Shown in pieces: positions 43,479-54,732 of a stretch of DNA of 64,000 nt. How positions within the stretch are numbered: position 1 is the first letter of the stretch; each line of letters opens with the position of its first letter. Source of the DNA: an uncultured Candidatus Rokubacteria bacterium. GTDB taxonomy: Bacteria; Methylomirabilota; Methylomirabilia; Rokubacteriales; CSP1-6. Under the pieces are notes generated by a model. It was not told the DNA's origin, did no database searches, and saw only the letters and a program-made list of their open reading frames with translations. The DNA lies in contig CAVVEU010000040.1 of the NCBI GenBank assembly GCA_963747235.1, forward strand, positions 512,001-576,000, given 5' to 3'. The position numbers were made by a program, and so were the translations under genes.

Positions 43479-44736
43479 ATGAGAACATGGGGCATCTCCT
43501 CCATGACCCCCAGACCCTTGATCGACACCCTGACCACCCTGCTGGCCACAACGCTCCTGATCGGCTGCGGCAGCGACTATCCGACCACGGGCGCCCCGAA
43601 ATCCGCCCCGGCGGGGACCGCGGGCGCCGCGACTCCCGCCAAGAGCACATCGGTCCGGGTCGTGCCCGCGATGGAGGAGCGCGCGGCGGGCGTGGTGGTG
43701 GCCTCCGGCACGCTCGCGGCCGAGGAGCAGGTCGTGCTGGGGATGAAGGTCGCGGGCCGGCTCGCCGAGATCACGGTGGACCTGGGGACCCGGGTCAAGA
43801 AGGGTGACGTCGTGGCGCGCCTCGATCCCACCGACTTCCGGCTCCGGGTGCAGCTCGTGGAGAACGCCATCCAGCAGGCGCGGGCGCGCCTCGGCCTGTC
43901 GCAGGACGGCGCGAGCGACCGCGTGGATCCCGACAAGACCCCGTTGGTCCGCCAGGCCCAAGCGGTGCTCGACGAGGCGCGGCTCACCCGCGATCGGCGC
44001 GTCAAGCTGTGGGAGCAGCAGTTCATCGCGCGGGCCGAGCTCGACGCCGCGGAGGCCGCGGCCAAGGTCGCGGAGGGCCGCTATCACGACGCGGTCGAGG
44101 AAGTGAACAATCGCCTCGGCGTCCTCGCCGAGAAGCGCACCGAGCTCGAGCTGGCCCGGCAGCAGCTCGCGGACACCGTGCTGCGGGCCCCGATCGACGG
44201 GGCCATGAACGCGCGGCAGGCCGCGGTGGGCGAGTTCCTGAACGCGGGCGCGCCGGTGGCGACGCTGGTGCGCATCAACCCGCTGCGGCTCCGGCTCGCG
44301 GTGCCCGAGCGCGAGGCGGCCTCGATCCGCCAGGGCCAGCGCGTGCGCCTGATCCTCGAGAGCGATCCGACGGTGTACGAGGGCCACGTGGCGCGGCTGG
44401 CCCCGCGATCAGCGAGCAGAACCGCTCGCTGATGATCGAGGCCGAGATCCCCAACGAGCAGGGCCGGCTGCGGCCGGGCGCCTTCGCCCGCGGGGAGATC
44501 GTCGTGCAGCCGGACCGCAGGCTCGTCACCGTGCCCGCGGAGGCGCTCGTCACCTTCGCGGGGATCGAGAAGGTCCTCGTGGTCGAGAACGGGCGCGCGG
44601 TCGAGAAGCGCGTGACCACCGGCCGCCGCACCGCCGATCGCGTCGAGATCCTCTCCGGCCTCGCCGCGGGCGAGCAGGTCATCGTCCAGCCCGGGCACCC
44701 TCGCGGCCGGGCAGCCGGTCACCGCGAGCTCCCTGA
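43479..44736 (+). CDS. RND efflux periplasmic adaptor (MFP) lipoprotein, frameshifted
   Basis: LIGC lipobox, VAGRL..I.VDLG..VKKGD, LRAPIDG, LRPGAF, VEILSGL. Confidence 0.9.
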
Positions 44737-44737
44737 C

Positions 44738-47700
44738 GTGCAGAAGCTCGCCGAGGTCTGCATCCGCCGGCCCGTCTTCGCCGCGATGCTCATCCTCGCG
44801 CTCGTGCGTGGTCGGCGCGGCCAGCTACTTCCGCCTCGGCGTCGACCGCTTCCCGTCGTCGACCTGCCCACCGTCACGCGTGCGCACCATCGCTCGCCGG
44901 GCGCCTCCCCCGAGGAGATGGAGATCCAGGTCTCCCAGCGCATCGAGGAGGCCGTCAACACGGTCGAGGGCATCAACGAGCTGCGCTCGATCTCCGGCGC
45001 CGGGCAGCTCGGTCGTGATCGTCACCTTCGAGCTGTCGCCGCGACATCGACGTCGCGACCCAGGACGTGCGCGACCGCGTCGCGACCGTGCTCCGCAACC
45101 TCCCGCGCGACACCGCTCCGCCGATCGTCTCCAAGTCCGACAACGAGTCCACGCCGGTGCTGACGGTCGCGCTGCGCGGCGACCGCCCGCTGCGCGAGCT
45201 GACCGAGATCGCGGACAAGGTCGTCAAGGTGCAGCTCGAGCGCTCGCTCGGGCGTCGGCGAGGTGCGCCTCGTCGGCGGCCTCGAGCGCGCGATCAACGT
45301 CTGGGTCGACGCCGACCGGCTGGCCGCCTACCAGCTCCCGATCACCGCGGTGCGCGACGCGCTCGTCCGCCAGAACGCCGACGTCCCCGGCGGCAACGTC
45401 ACCGAGGGCGCCGCACGAGCCGGCCCTGCGCACGATGGGCCGCGTCCCGGACCCGCAGGCCTTCGACGACCTGGTCATCGCCACCCTCGACGGCGCGCCG
45501 GTCCGCGTGCGCGACGTCGGCCGCGCCGAGGACGGCACCAAGGAGCAGCGCTCGCTCGCGCGCCTCGACGGCGTGCCGACCGTGACGCTCGAGGTCCGCC
45601 GGCAGTCGGGCGCCAACACGGTCGCGGTCATCGAGGCGGCCAAGGCGAACCTGGCCCGGATCGCCGGCGCAGCTCCCGCCCGACGTCCGGCTCGAGGTGA
45701 TCCGCGACCAGTCGCGCTACATCTACGCGGCGCTGCACGAGATCAACGTGCACCTCGTCCTGGGCAGCATCCTCGCCTGCCTGGTCGTGCTGGCCTTCAT
45801 GCGGAGCTGGCGCTCGACCCTCATCGCGGCGGTCGCCATCCCCGCCTCGGTGATCGCGACCTTCGGCATGATGTGGGCGCTCGACTTCACGCTCAACAGC
45901 GTGACGATGCTGGCGCTCGTGCTGATGGTCGGCATCGTCATCGACGACGCGATCGTGGTGCTCGAGAACATCTTCCGCTTCGTCGAGGAGAAGAAGATGG
46001 CGCCGTTCGCGGCGGCGCGCGCGGCCACCGCCGAGATCGGCCTCGCCGTGCTCGCGACGACGCTCAGCCTCGTCGTGATCTTCGTGCCGGTCTCGTTCAT
46101 GTCGCGCATCTCGGGGCGCTTCCTCTACCAGTTCGGCATCACCGCGGCGGTGGCGGTGCTGGTCAGCCTGCTGGTGTCGTTCACGCTGACGCCGATGATG
46201 AGCGCGCGGCTCCTGCGCGGCGACGCGCTCAGGGCGGAGGCGGGCGGCGAGGCCGCCTCCCGCGGCGGCTTCTACGCCTGGCTCGACCGCGGCTACGCGT
46301 GGTCGCTCGGGCTCGCGCTGCGCCACCGCGCCGCTGGTCGCGGTCGTCGCGGCGCTGGTGATCGCGTCCTCCGTGCCGCTCTACGGGCTCGTGCGCCAGG
46401 AGTACATCCCGACCGACGTCGACGAGGCGGAGTTCGACGTCCACGTCACCGGCCCCCGAGGGCACGAGCGTGGCCGCGATGGACGAGGTCGATGCGCGCG
46501 GTCGCGAAGGAGATCGCGCGCGCACCCGGGCGTGCGCCTCGTGCTCGCCTCGGCGGGCGGCGGCTTCCTCGGCCAGGTCAACCAGGGCACGGCCTACGTG
46601 CGCATCGCGCCGCACGAGGAGCGCACCTTCTCGTTCACGCGCGTCTGGCAGCGGCCTCGCGTCCGGCGACCCGCTCGGCGGCCTTCCGCGGCAACTACAC
46701 CCAGCGCGACGTGATGCAGGAGGTGCGGCGCCGGCTGGCCCGGATCCCCGACCTGCGCATCTCGGTGCGCAACGCGCCCGTCGTTCAACATCGGCGGCGG
46801 CAGCTTCGACATCGACTTCGCCATCCGCGGGCCCGGACCTCGACGACGCTGGCGCGACTACGCCGAGACCCTGCGGGACCGCGCGCGCGAGCTCGGCGGC
46901 ATCGCCGACGCCGACACCACGCTCAAGCTCGACAAGCCCGAGCTGCGCGTCGAGATCGACCGCGACGCGCGCCGCCGACCTCGGCGTCGACACCGAGCGA
47001 CATCGCGACGGCGCTGCGCCTCATGGTCGGCGGCGACGAGGACGTCTCGCGCTTCCGCGATCCGACCGTGAACGAGGACTACGACGTGCAGCTGCGGCTC
47101 GCGGAGGGCGACCGCAGCGACCCGGCGACGATCTCGCGGCTCTACGTGCCCGCGCCAGGACGGCGGGCTCGTGCGGCTCGACAACGTCGTGCAGCTCGTG
47201 CCCGCGCGACGGCGGCGTCGCGCATCGACCGCCTCGACCGCCAGCGCGAGGTCGCGGCTGCGCGCCTCGGTCGCGCCCGGCTTCGCGCCTGGCCGACCGC
47301 CTCGAGGCGCTGCGCGAGCGCGGTCGCCGACGATGAACCTGCCCGCCGGCCTACACGACCGCGATCGTCGGGCCGCGGCCGCGAGCTCGAGCGCACCTTC
47401 GCGGAGTTCCTGTGGGCGTTCCTGCTCTCGGTCGTCTTCATGTACATGATCCTGGCCTCGCAGTTCGAGAGCCTGGTCCACCCGCTGACGATCCTGCTCT
47501 CGCTGCCGCTCGTCGGTGCCGTTCGCGCTCCTCTCGCTCTGGCTCACCGGCAACACGCTCAACCTCTACTCGGCGCTCGGCATCCTCGTGCTCTTCGGCG
47601 TCGTGAAGAAGAACTCGATCCTGCAGATCGACCACATGAACACGCTGCGCGACCCACGGCATCGACCGCCTGCGCCGCGATCCTGCAGGCCAACCGCGAC

Positions 47701-47961
47701 CGCCTGCGGCCGATCCTGATGACCACGCTGGCGCTGGTCGCCGGCATGCTGCCGCTCGCGCTCGGCACCGGGCCGGGCGCGGAGGAGCGCCGCGCGATCG
47801 CGGTCGTGGTGATCGGCGGCCAGACCCTCTCGCTGCTGCTGACGCTGCTCGTGACGCCGGTGGCGTACTCGCTCTTCGACGACCTCGCGCGCATGCTGGG
47901 CTGGCAGAGCCTGGTCCGCATCGGCCGGCGCGGCCTCCGCGCCGCGCGCGCCCGCCGCTAG
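44738..47961 (+). CDS. RND efflux permease (AcrB/MdtB-like), heavily frameshifted
   Basis: [43 protein letters not shown]. Confidence 0.88.
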
Positions 47962-48000
47962 ACGGGCCCGGCCGGGACGCGGGGCCCCGCCGCGGCCCCT

Positions 48001-48029
48001 TTGACAGCCCGTCTCCGTTCCCATACACT
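48001..48029 (+). promoter_or_regulatory. Near-consensus sigma70 promoter
   Basis: TTGACA-N17-TACACT. Confidence 0.7.
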
Positions 48030-48066
48030 CCGCGGCGTATCGATCTCCCGGCTCCTGGGGGACCTC

Positions 48067-48384
48067 ATGAGGCTCCGTCCGCTCGAGCTCGCTCGCCCGC
48101 TCGTCCTCGTCGCGCTCGTGGTGTCGGTGGCCACCGTCGTGTCGCACGCGATCCCGTCTCGGCCCAGCAGTGGCCCGAGCGGCGGGGCCAGGGCGTCTGC
48201 TACTGCGCAGCACGGGTGGTGTCCGCTGGACCGGGCGGAGCGCATTCCGGTCGGGACCGCGTGCTACTGCATCCTGCCGGACCGGCGGACCATCTCCGGC
48301 ATCACGAGCCCACTCTACTACCACGGCCGCGTCAATCCCTACTTCAATCTGCACCCACCGGCGGTCCCGACGCTGATCAAGTGA
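48067..48384 (+). CDS. Small secreted Cys-containing hypothetical protein
   Basis: Signal-like N-terminus, WCP...GTACYC...G. Confidence 0.6.
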   Translation: MRLRPLELARPLVLVALVVSVATVVSHAIPSRPSSGPSGGARASATAQHGWCPLDRAERIPVGTACYCILPDRRTISGITSPLYYHGRVNPYFNLHPPAVPTLIK

Positions 48385-48391
48385 GGAAGAC

Positions 48392-48720
48392 ATGAACAAG
48401 CTCATCGTGGGAGCCCTGATGCTGCTGGCCGCCGTCGGCCAGGTCGCGGTCGCGACAGCGCAAGACGAGTCGCCGCCGCCGCCCGCCGACGAGCGCGCCG
48501 CCCCCGCCGACTGTCCCCTGAACCGACCAGCCACTGCCGTGGTGGTTCAGACGCACCCCGAGCATGCCGGGCATGCCGTGGTTCTATCGCGCGCCCACGC
48601 CGCCCCCGCCGCGACAGTGCCGGGTCGTGTCCTGGTATCTGGCGCAGTTCTGGAACACCGACGAGTGGGGGAAGACGGTGACCTGGGTGGGCTACGCAGC
48701 CGCAGTACGCCTGCAACTAG
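48392..48720 (+). CDS. Small secreted Pro/Cys-containing hypothetical protein (probably frameshifted)
   Basis: MNKLIVGALMLLAAVGQVAVATAQ signal; coding-like continuation in other frames (PWFYRAP..QCRVVSWY..QPQYACN*). Confidence 0.5.
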
Positions 48721-48771
48721 CGACGCAAGTTCCGTCGCGCGCCCCTCCGGATCTCTGCTAGCGTGCCTGGC

Positions 48772-49788
48772 GTGAGCGAGCCGGCGACGTGGCGCGAGGT
48801 GATCCCGGAGGGCGAGGCCGCGCGCCTCGAAGGCCTCGCGACGCGCCTCCTCGGCAGTGGCCGGCTCGACGGCCGGCCGCTCCACCGCAAGACGCTCGCC
48901 GCGCTGCACGCGCGCTTCGAGGTGACCGAGGCGCCGCGCGACCTGCGCCACGGCCTCTTCGCCGAGCCGGGGAGCTACGACGCCTTCGTGCGCTTCTCCT
49001 CGGGCGCGGGCCAGGCGCGGAGCGACCGCGGGCCGGACGTGCGCGGCCTCGCGGTCAAGATCCTCGGCGTCACCGGTCGGAAGGTGATCGCGGGTCTCGA
49101 GACCGCGACGACGCAGGACTTCCTCACGATCCTCTCGCCCACCTTCCCGTTCAAGGATCCGGCCGCCTTCGTGGACATCGCGGTGGCGTCCCGCCGGGGC
49201 AAGCTCGCGGTGGTGCGCGCGGTGCTGAAGCACTTCGGCCCGCTCGGCCTCTTCGGGGCGCTGCCCCGACTGCAGCGCGCGCTGGACTCCTCCATGCGGA
49301 GCCTGGCCGAGCGCACCTACTTCACCGCGGTCCCGCTGCGCCTCGGCCCCCACGCGGTCAAGCTGCGCTTCCGCCCGACCGACGTGCCCCCGCCGGTGCC
49401 GCCGGTGGGCGGTCCCGACGCGCTCGCGGTCGAGCTCCAGGCCCGCGTGCGGGCGTCCCCGCTGTCCTTCCGCGTCGAGGCGCAGCGCTTCGTGGACGAG
49501 TTCCGCACCCCGATCGAGGATCCGACCGTGGAGTGGACCGAGCGTGACGCGCCGTGGGTCGCCCTGGCCCGCCTGGCGATCCCCGCGCAGGCGCCCGAGT
49601 CGCGCGCGGGCCGGGCGCTGGCCGCCTACGTGGAGCGCCTGTCCTTCGATCCGTGGCACGCCCTGGTCGAGCACCGGCCGCTCGGAGTGGTCATGCGGGC
49701 GCGGGCGGTCGCCTACCGGCACGCGGTCCTCGCCCGCGGCGCCATCTCCGAGCTGGAGGTCAAGCCGCCATCCGCCGTGATGGGCTGA
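48772..49788 (+). CDS. Catalase-like heme protein
   Basis: R.LHRK distal His, VRFSSG, DVRGLAVK, QDFL, FDPWH..EHRPLG..RAR..AY proximal Tyr. Confidence 0.82.
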   Translation: MSEPATWREVIPEGEAARLEGLATRLLGSGRLDGRPLHRKTLAALHARFEVTEAPRDLRHGLFAEPGSYDAFVRFSSGAGQARSDRGPDVRGLAVKILGVTGRKVIAGLETATTQDFLTILSPTFPFKDPAAFVDIAVASRRGKLAVVRAVLKHFGPLGLFGALPRLQRALDSSMRSLAERTYFTAVPLRLGPHAVKLRFRPTDVPPPVPPVGGPDALAVELQARVRASPLSFRVEAQRFVDEFRTPIEDPTVEWTERDAPWVALARLAIPAQAPESRAGRALAAYVERLSFDPWHALVEHRPLGVVMRARAVAYRHAVLARGAISELEVKPPSAVMG

Positions 49789-49826
49789 CGCGCGAGCGCA
49801 TATACCACCGGCTCAAGGAGACCACG

Positions 49827-51371
49827 ATGAACGGTGCGGAGAGCCTGGCGCGAACGCTGGTGGCGGGTGGGGTCAACGTGTGCTTCACGAACCCGGGCAC
49901 GTCGGAGATGCACTTCGTGGCCGCGCTGGACAAGGTGGACGGCATCCGCTGCGTGCTCGGCCTCTTCGAGGGCGTGGTGACGGGCGCGGCCGACGGCTAC
50001 TGGCGCATGGCCGACAAGCCGGCCGCCACCCTGCTGCACCTGGGGCCCGGGCTCGGCAACGGGCTCGCCAACCTCCACAACGCGCGCAAGGCCAGCTCCG
50101 GCATCGTCAACATCGTGGGCGAGCACGCGACCTACCACATCAAGCACGACGCGCCGCTCACCTCGGACATCGAGGGCATCGCGCGCCCGGTCTCCGCCTG
50201 GGTGCGCACGTCGCCCAGCGCCCGCGCGGTGGCCGCCGACGGCGCCGCCGCCATCGCGGCCGCGCGCACCGCGCCCGGCCAGGTCGCGACGCTGATCCTG
50301 CCCGCCGACACCGCGTGGAACGAGGCCGACGGCGTCGCGCCGGTCCCGCCGGCGGCCGCGCCCGCGGCGGTCGGCACGGACGCGATCGAGCGCTGCGCCA
50401 AGGCGCTGCGCTCGGGCGAGCCGGCCATGCTCATGCTGACGGGTCTCGCGGTCCGCGAGCGCGGCCTGGCGCTGGCCGGTCGCATCGCCACCGCGACCGG
50501 GGCGCGCATCATCGCCCAGGGCTCCAACGCCCGCATCCAGCGCGGCGCCGGGCGCGTGCCGATCGAGCGGCTGCCGTACCCGGTGGACCAGGCGCTCGCG
50601 GTGCTGAAGGACGTGCGGCATCTCATCCTGGTCGGCGCGAAGGCCCCGGTGGCCTTCTTCGCCTATCCGGACAAGCCCAGCGTGCTCACCCCCGACGGCT
50701 GCCAGGTGCACCGGCTCTCGACGATGGCCGACGACTCGATCGGCGCGCTGGAGGCGCTGGCCGAGGCGGTCGGGGCCAAGAAGAACGGCGAGGTGGTCCA
50801 GCAGCCCGGTCGGCCCGCGCTCCCGACCGGCGCGCTCACGCCCGACACGCTGGCCGCCGCGCTCGGCGCGCTGCTCCCCGAGGGCGCCATCGTCTCCGAC
50901 GAGTCGGTGACCACCGGCCGCGGCTTCTTCAAGGCGACCGCGGGCGCCCCGCCCCACGACTGGCTGAACAACATGGGCGGCTCCATCGGCCTGGGCCTCC
51001 CGCTCGCCACCGGCGCGGCGGTGGCGTGCCCCGACCGCAAGGTCGTGTGCCTCGAGGGCGACGGCAGCGGCATGTACACGCTGCAGGCGCTCTGGACGCA
51101 GGCGCGCGAAGGGCTCGACGTGACCACCGTGGTCTTCGCCAACCGCACGTACGCGATCCTGCGGCACGAGCTGAGCGGCGTCCGCGCCGGGACGCCCGGC
51201 CCCAAGGCGGCCGACATGCTCGACATCGGCCGCCCGGATCTCGACTGGGTCTCGCTCGCGCGCGGCATGGGCGTGCCCGCGAGCCGCGCCACCACCGCGG
51301 AGGAGTTCAACAAGCAGTTCGCGGCCGGCCTCGCCGCGCCCGGCCCCTACCTGATCGAGGCCGTCCTCTAG
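49827..51371 (+). CDS. TPP-dependent enzyme (acetolactate synthase large subunit-like)
   Basis: NPGTSEMHF, LFEG..TGAADGY, GGSIG, GDGSGMYT...N. Confidence 0.92.
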   Translation: MNGAESLARTLVAGGVNVCFTNPGTSEMHFVAALDKVDGIRCVLGLFEGVVTGAADGYWRMADKPAATLLHLGPGLGNGLANLHNARKASSGIVNIVGEHATYHIKHDAPLTSDIEGIARPVSAWVRTSPSARAVAADGAAAIAAARTAPGQVATLILPADTAWNEADGVAPVPPAAAPAAVGTDAIERCAKALRSGEPAMLMLTGLAVRERGLALAGRIATATGARIIAQGSNARIQRGAGRVPIERLPYPVDQALAVLKDVRHLILVGAKAPVAFFAYPDKPSVLTPDGCQVHRLSTMADDSIGALEALAEAVGAKKNGEVVQQPGRPALPTGALTPDTLAAALGALLPEGAIVSDESVTTGRGFFKATAGAPPHDWLNNMGGSIGLGLPLATGAAVACPDRKVVCLEGDGSGMYTLQALWTQAREGLDVTTVVFANRTYAILRHELSGVRAGTPGPKAADMLDIGRPDLDWVSLARGMGVPASRATTAEEFNKQFAAGLAAPGPYLIEAVL

Positions 51372-53276
51372 CCGCGGCTGCAGCAATCCCCGTGCGGCGT
51401 CGGGCGGGGCACGTCCAGCGCCGGGTTGCGGTCGAAGAAGCCGGCCGGCTTGAGCATGAAGCCGATCGTGGTCACCGGCATCACGGGCCAGTCCTCGGGT
51501 CGGACGATGTGGTGGGCGCCGAAGGTGTACCAGAGGACGACGTCGGTGTTCTCGAGCGGCGCGTCGTCCCGCACGTAGGTCGGCAGGCCGGCCCCGCCGG
51601 GATGCTGGTTCGGGTACTCGCCGGCGGCGTAGCGCTCGCGCGGATCGTGGCGCGTGACCCAGAGGTGCCGGGTCATGAAGGCCGCGCGCTTGGTGACGGA
51701 GGCTTCCGGCCCCGCGAACGGCCGCACGTTCTCGCCCGGCATCAGCTTGTAGGCGACCGGCTCGCCGAGGCGGTTGCGCACCGAGGGATTCACGACCTTC
51801 CAGAAGCGCCCGGCCAGCGGATCGAGGAGCCGCTGCGCCTGGGCCTCCGAGGCCAGCAGCGTGGCCTCGGCGTGGAAGGCATTGTGGTGCGGGTTCTCGG
51901 GCCCGGGCGCGTCCGCGACGGTGTTGACCTCGTAGACCGAGTTGTCCGGCCCGTCCACCATCATGTCGAGGCGCGCGTTGAAGAAGTGCTGGTGAATGGG
52001 CCCGTACACGCCCGGCGCGACCATCTCGCCCCACCGCGGCTTGGCCCCGGGCGGCTCCGCGCCGTTCGAGATGACGCCGGTCAGCTTGACTTCCAACTGG
52101 ATCGTGCCGTCGAGGTAGAAGTACCAGTAGAACCCGTACTCGTAGTTGCCCACCGTCGAGATGGACGACACCACCAGGCGGCGTGAGCGGCGCACCTCGG
52201 TCGTCCCCAGGCGCCAGTCGAAGTGCTTCCAGAGGATGCCCGCGTCCTCCTCGTGGAGGCAGATGGCGTTCGCCAGCGTCACCGGGCGGCCCTGCCCGTC
52301 GTTGACCACCGCGTCGAGGTAGCGGATCTCGCCCAGGCAGTCGCAGCCGTTCTCGAGCGCAGTTGGCGAGCGTGCCGATGCCGTACTCGCCCACGTCGAA
52401 GGCGTTGCGGTGGAAGTAGGTCGGCCGCGGGTCGCCGTAGGGCACCACCATGTCGGCGATCGAGGCGCGGTAGAGGACCGGCCGCTCGCGCCCCTGGTCC
52501 TCGTAGCCGACCGTGTGGAGCACGAGGCCCTCGCGGGGCGTGAAGCCGATCCGCATCCGCCAGCGCTGCCAGCGCAGCTCGTGGCCCGCGAGCTCGAAGC
52601 TCGGCCCCTCCGGCTGGCGGATCTCGACCGGCTTGAGCCCGGCGCGCGTGCCCGCCGCCTCCGGCGAGTAGTTGGCGTCCTCGGGCGGCAGCGGGACGAC
52701 CCCGCCGTCCTCCACCGCGACCACCGCCATCGCGTTCAGGTCCACGACCGTCAGCAGGTTGGCCACCGGCCGCGCGTAGCCATTGTCCTGCGCGTGCCGC
52801 CGCACCCACGTGAGCGCGCGCACCAGCCGCCGCCCCTCGTCCTGCGGGAAGCCGAAGTTGCCCGCCGACCAGCAGTCCACCATGGCGAGGCTCAGATCGG
52901 TGATCCCGCGCCGGCGCATGGCTTCCTGCCAGCGCGGGTCGGCGCGGACCGCCGCCTCGCAATCCACGAACTCGTCCAGCACGATGGCGGGCTGGGCGCC
53001 GGGCACGTGCTCCCACGACAGCACGCGGCCCCCGGAGAGCGACACGACCGCCTCGTAGGTCTTGCCGGGCCCGGAGTCCACGAGCACCACGAACGCGGCC
53101 CGCTCCACCGCGTCGCCGGGCCGGTGCGCGAGCACGATCTTCTTGGCCGGCTCGTGCAGCATGATGAAGATGACCCGCACCCGCGGCCCGAGCGCGCGCT
53201 CCGTCCGCACGATCTCCCAGGCGCGCGCGATCTCGGCCGCGGTCAGCGGATCCAGGGGGTGGACGGTCGATGCCAT
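51368..53276 (-). CDS. Copper/TPQ primary amine oxidase (frameshift near 52360)
   Basis: HPLDPL, FDVGEYG, GNYEY (TPQ consensus), HQH, H..RPEDWPVMP. Confidence 0.93.
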
Positions 53277-53295
53277 GCGTCGTCTCCTTCGCCCT

Positions 53296-54297
53296 CTACT
53301 CGATGACCTGGTGGGCCTGGACCAGGATGGAAGGCGGCACCTGGAGCCCGATCGCCTTCGCGGTCTTGAGGTTCACGACCAGCTCGAACCGGTCCGGCTG
53401 CTCGACCGACAGGTCGCCCGGCCGGGCCCCGCCGAGAATGCGGTGGACGTAGGAGGCGGCGCGGCGCTGCACGTCGGCGAAGCTGCTAGCATAGCTCATG
53501 AGCCCGCCCCCCTCGACCGCCTCCCGGAACGGAAACACCGACGGCAGCTTCTGCTCGCGTGCGGCCTCCGCGATGCGCGAGGCGATGCCGTCGAGCAGGG
53601 GGCTCTCCACCGTGTAGATCCCCTGCACGTGCGCCGCCCGCAGCCGCCGCCGGAGGGTCTCGCGCGTCTCCGACCCCGTGATCTCCATCCACTCGATCTG
53701 CACGCCGAGCCTCGTGGCCATGCTCTCGAGCTCGGTGATCGTGGGGCGGCGCGCCGGATTGACCAGGACGGCGACCCGGTCGAGCCTCGGCACCATCTCC
53801 TTCAGGAGCGAGAGGCGCTTGCTCCGCATCTCGGGGCTCATGAGGGCCACGCCGGTCACGTTCCCGCCCGGCCGGGCGAGGTTCGTCACCAACCCCTGGA
53901 CGACGGGATCCCCGGCCGGCGCCATGACGATCGGTACGGTGGCGGTGACCGCCTTGGCCGCGAGGGCGGCCTGGAAGCCGACCGCGACGATCAGGTCCAC
54001 CCGGGCCCGCACGAGCTCGCCCGCCATCCTCCGCAGGCGCTCGAGATTGCCCGCCGCGTAGCGGTACTCGAAGACGACGTTCTGCCCCTCGACGTAGCCC
54101 AGCTCGCGCAGGCCCTCCCGCAACGCCACGGCGCGCTGCGAATTGTCGGACTCGGGTCGCGCCAGGAAGAGGATGCCGATGCGGGCGACGGCCGGCTGGG
54201 CCAGGACCGCCGCGCCTCCCGGCACCAGCAAGGTCAGGACCAGCCCCAGGCCGAGCAGGGCCACGCGCCTGCGGGTTCGCGGACGGGACGACGCCAT
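53296..54297 (-). CDS. Orphan ABC transporter substrate-binding protein (ABC_sub_bind type)
   Basis: GLRELGYVEGQN, LARPGGNVTG, GGLMSY, EQP.RFELVVNLKTAKAIG. Confidence 0.9.
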   Translation of the reverse strand: MASSRPRTRRRVALLGLGLVLTLLVPGGAAVLAQPAVARIGILFLARPESDNSQRAVALREGLRELGYVEGQNVVFEYRYAAGNLERLRRMAGELVRARVDLIVAVGFQAALAAKAVTATVPIVMAPAGDPVVQGLVTNLARPGGNVTGVALMSPEMRSKRLSLLKEMVPRLDRVAVLVNPARRPTITELESMATRLGVQIEWMEITGSETRETLRRRLRAAHVQGIYTVESPLLDGIASRIAEAAREQKLPSVFPFREAVEGGGLMSYASSFADVQRRAASYVHRILGGARPGDLSVEQPDRFELVVNLKTAKAIGLQVPPSILVQAHQVIE

Positions 54298-54353
54298 GAG
54301 CCACCCAGCATACGCAGACGGTCCGCCGGGTGGCAAGGGCGGAACGCGCGACA

Positions 54354-54716
54354 CTAGCGCGGGGGCAGCTCCCGGATCGGCCGCACCTCGATCGAGTGGC
54401 CGCCCACCCGCAGCAATGGATGCTCGGTCGCGATGGCGAGCGCCTCGTCGAGGCTCGCGACCTCCACGATGGTGTAGCCGCCGAGCTGCTCCTTGGTCTC
54501 GGCGAACGGCCCGTCCGTCGTGACCGCCTTGCCGTCACGCATCCGCACCGTGGTCGCGGTGTGGGTGGGCAGCAGCGGGTCACCGGCCAGAAAGGTGCCG
54601 CGCTGGCGAAGCGGCTCCGAAGCGTCGATCGCTTGCTGGCGGATCGCGATGCGCTCCGCCTCGGGCTTGGCGTCCCACCACTTCTCGTCCCGGTACATCA
54701 GCAGCATGTAACGCAT
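54354..54716 (-). CDS. YciI/DGPF family protein
   Basis: MRYMLL...[16 protein letters not shown]...IEVRP. Confidence 0.92.
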   Translation of the reverse strand: MRYMLLMYRDEKWWDAKPEAERIAIRQQAIDASEPLRQRGTFLAGDPLLPTHTATTVRMRDGKAVTTDGPFAETKEQLGGYTIVEVASLDEALAIATEHPLLRVGGHSIEVRPIRELPPR

Positions 54717-54732
54717 GGTGGCGGATGGCCTC

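Noticed and set aside
44700-47700. RND permease appearing as a decayed pseudogene with many frameshifts
   Set aside because: The indels are single-base and no in-frame stops or amino-acid decay were evident. This fits a low-quality long-read consensus rather than real gene decay.
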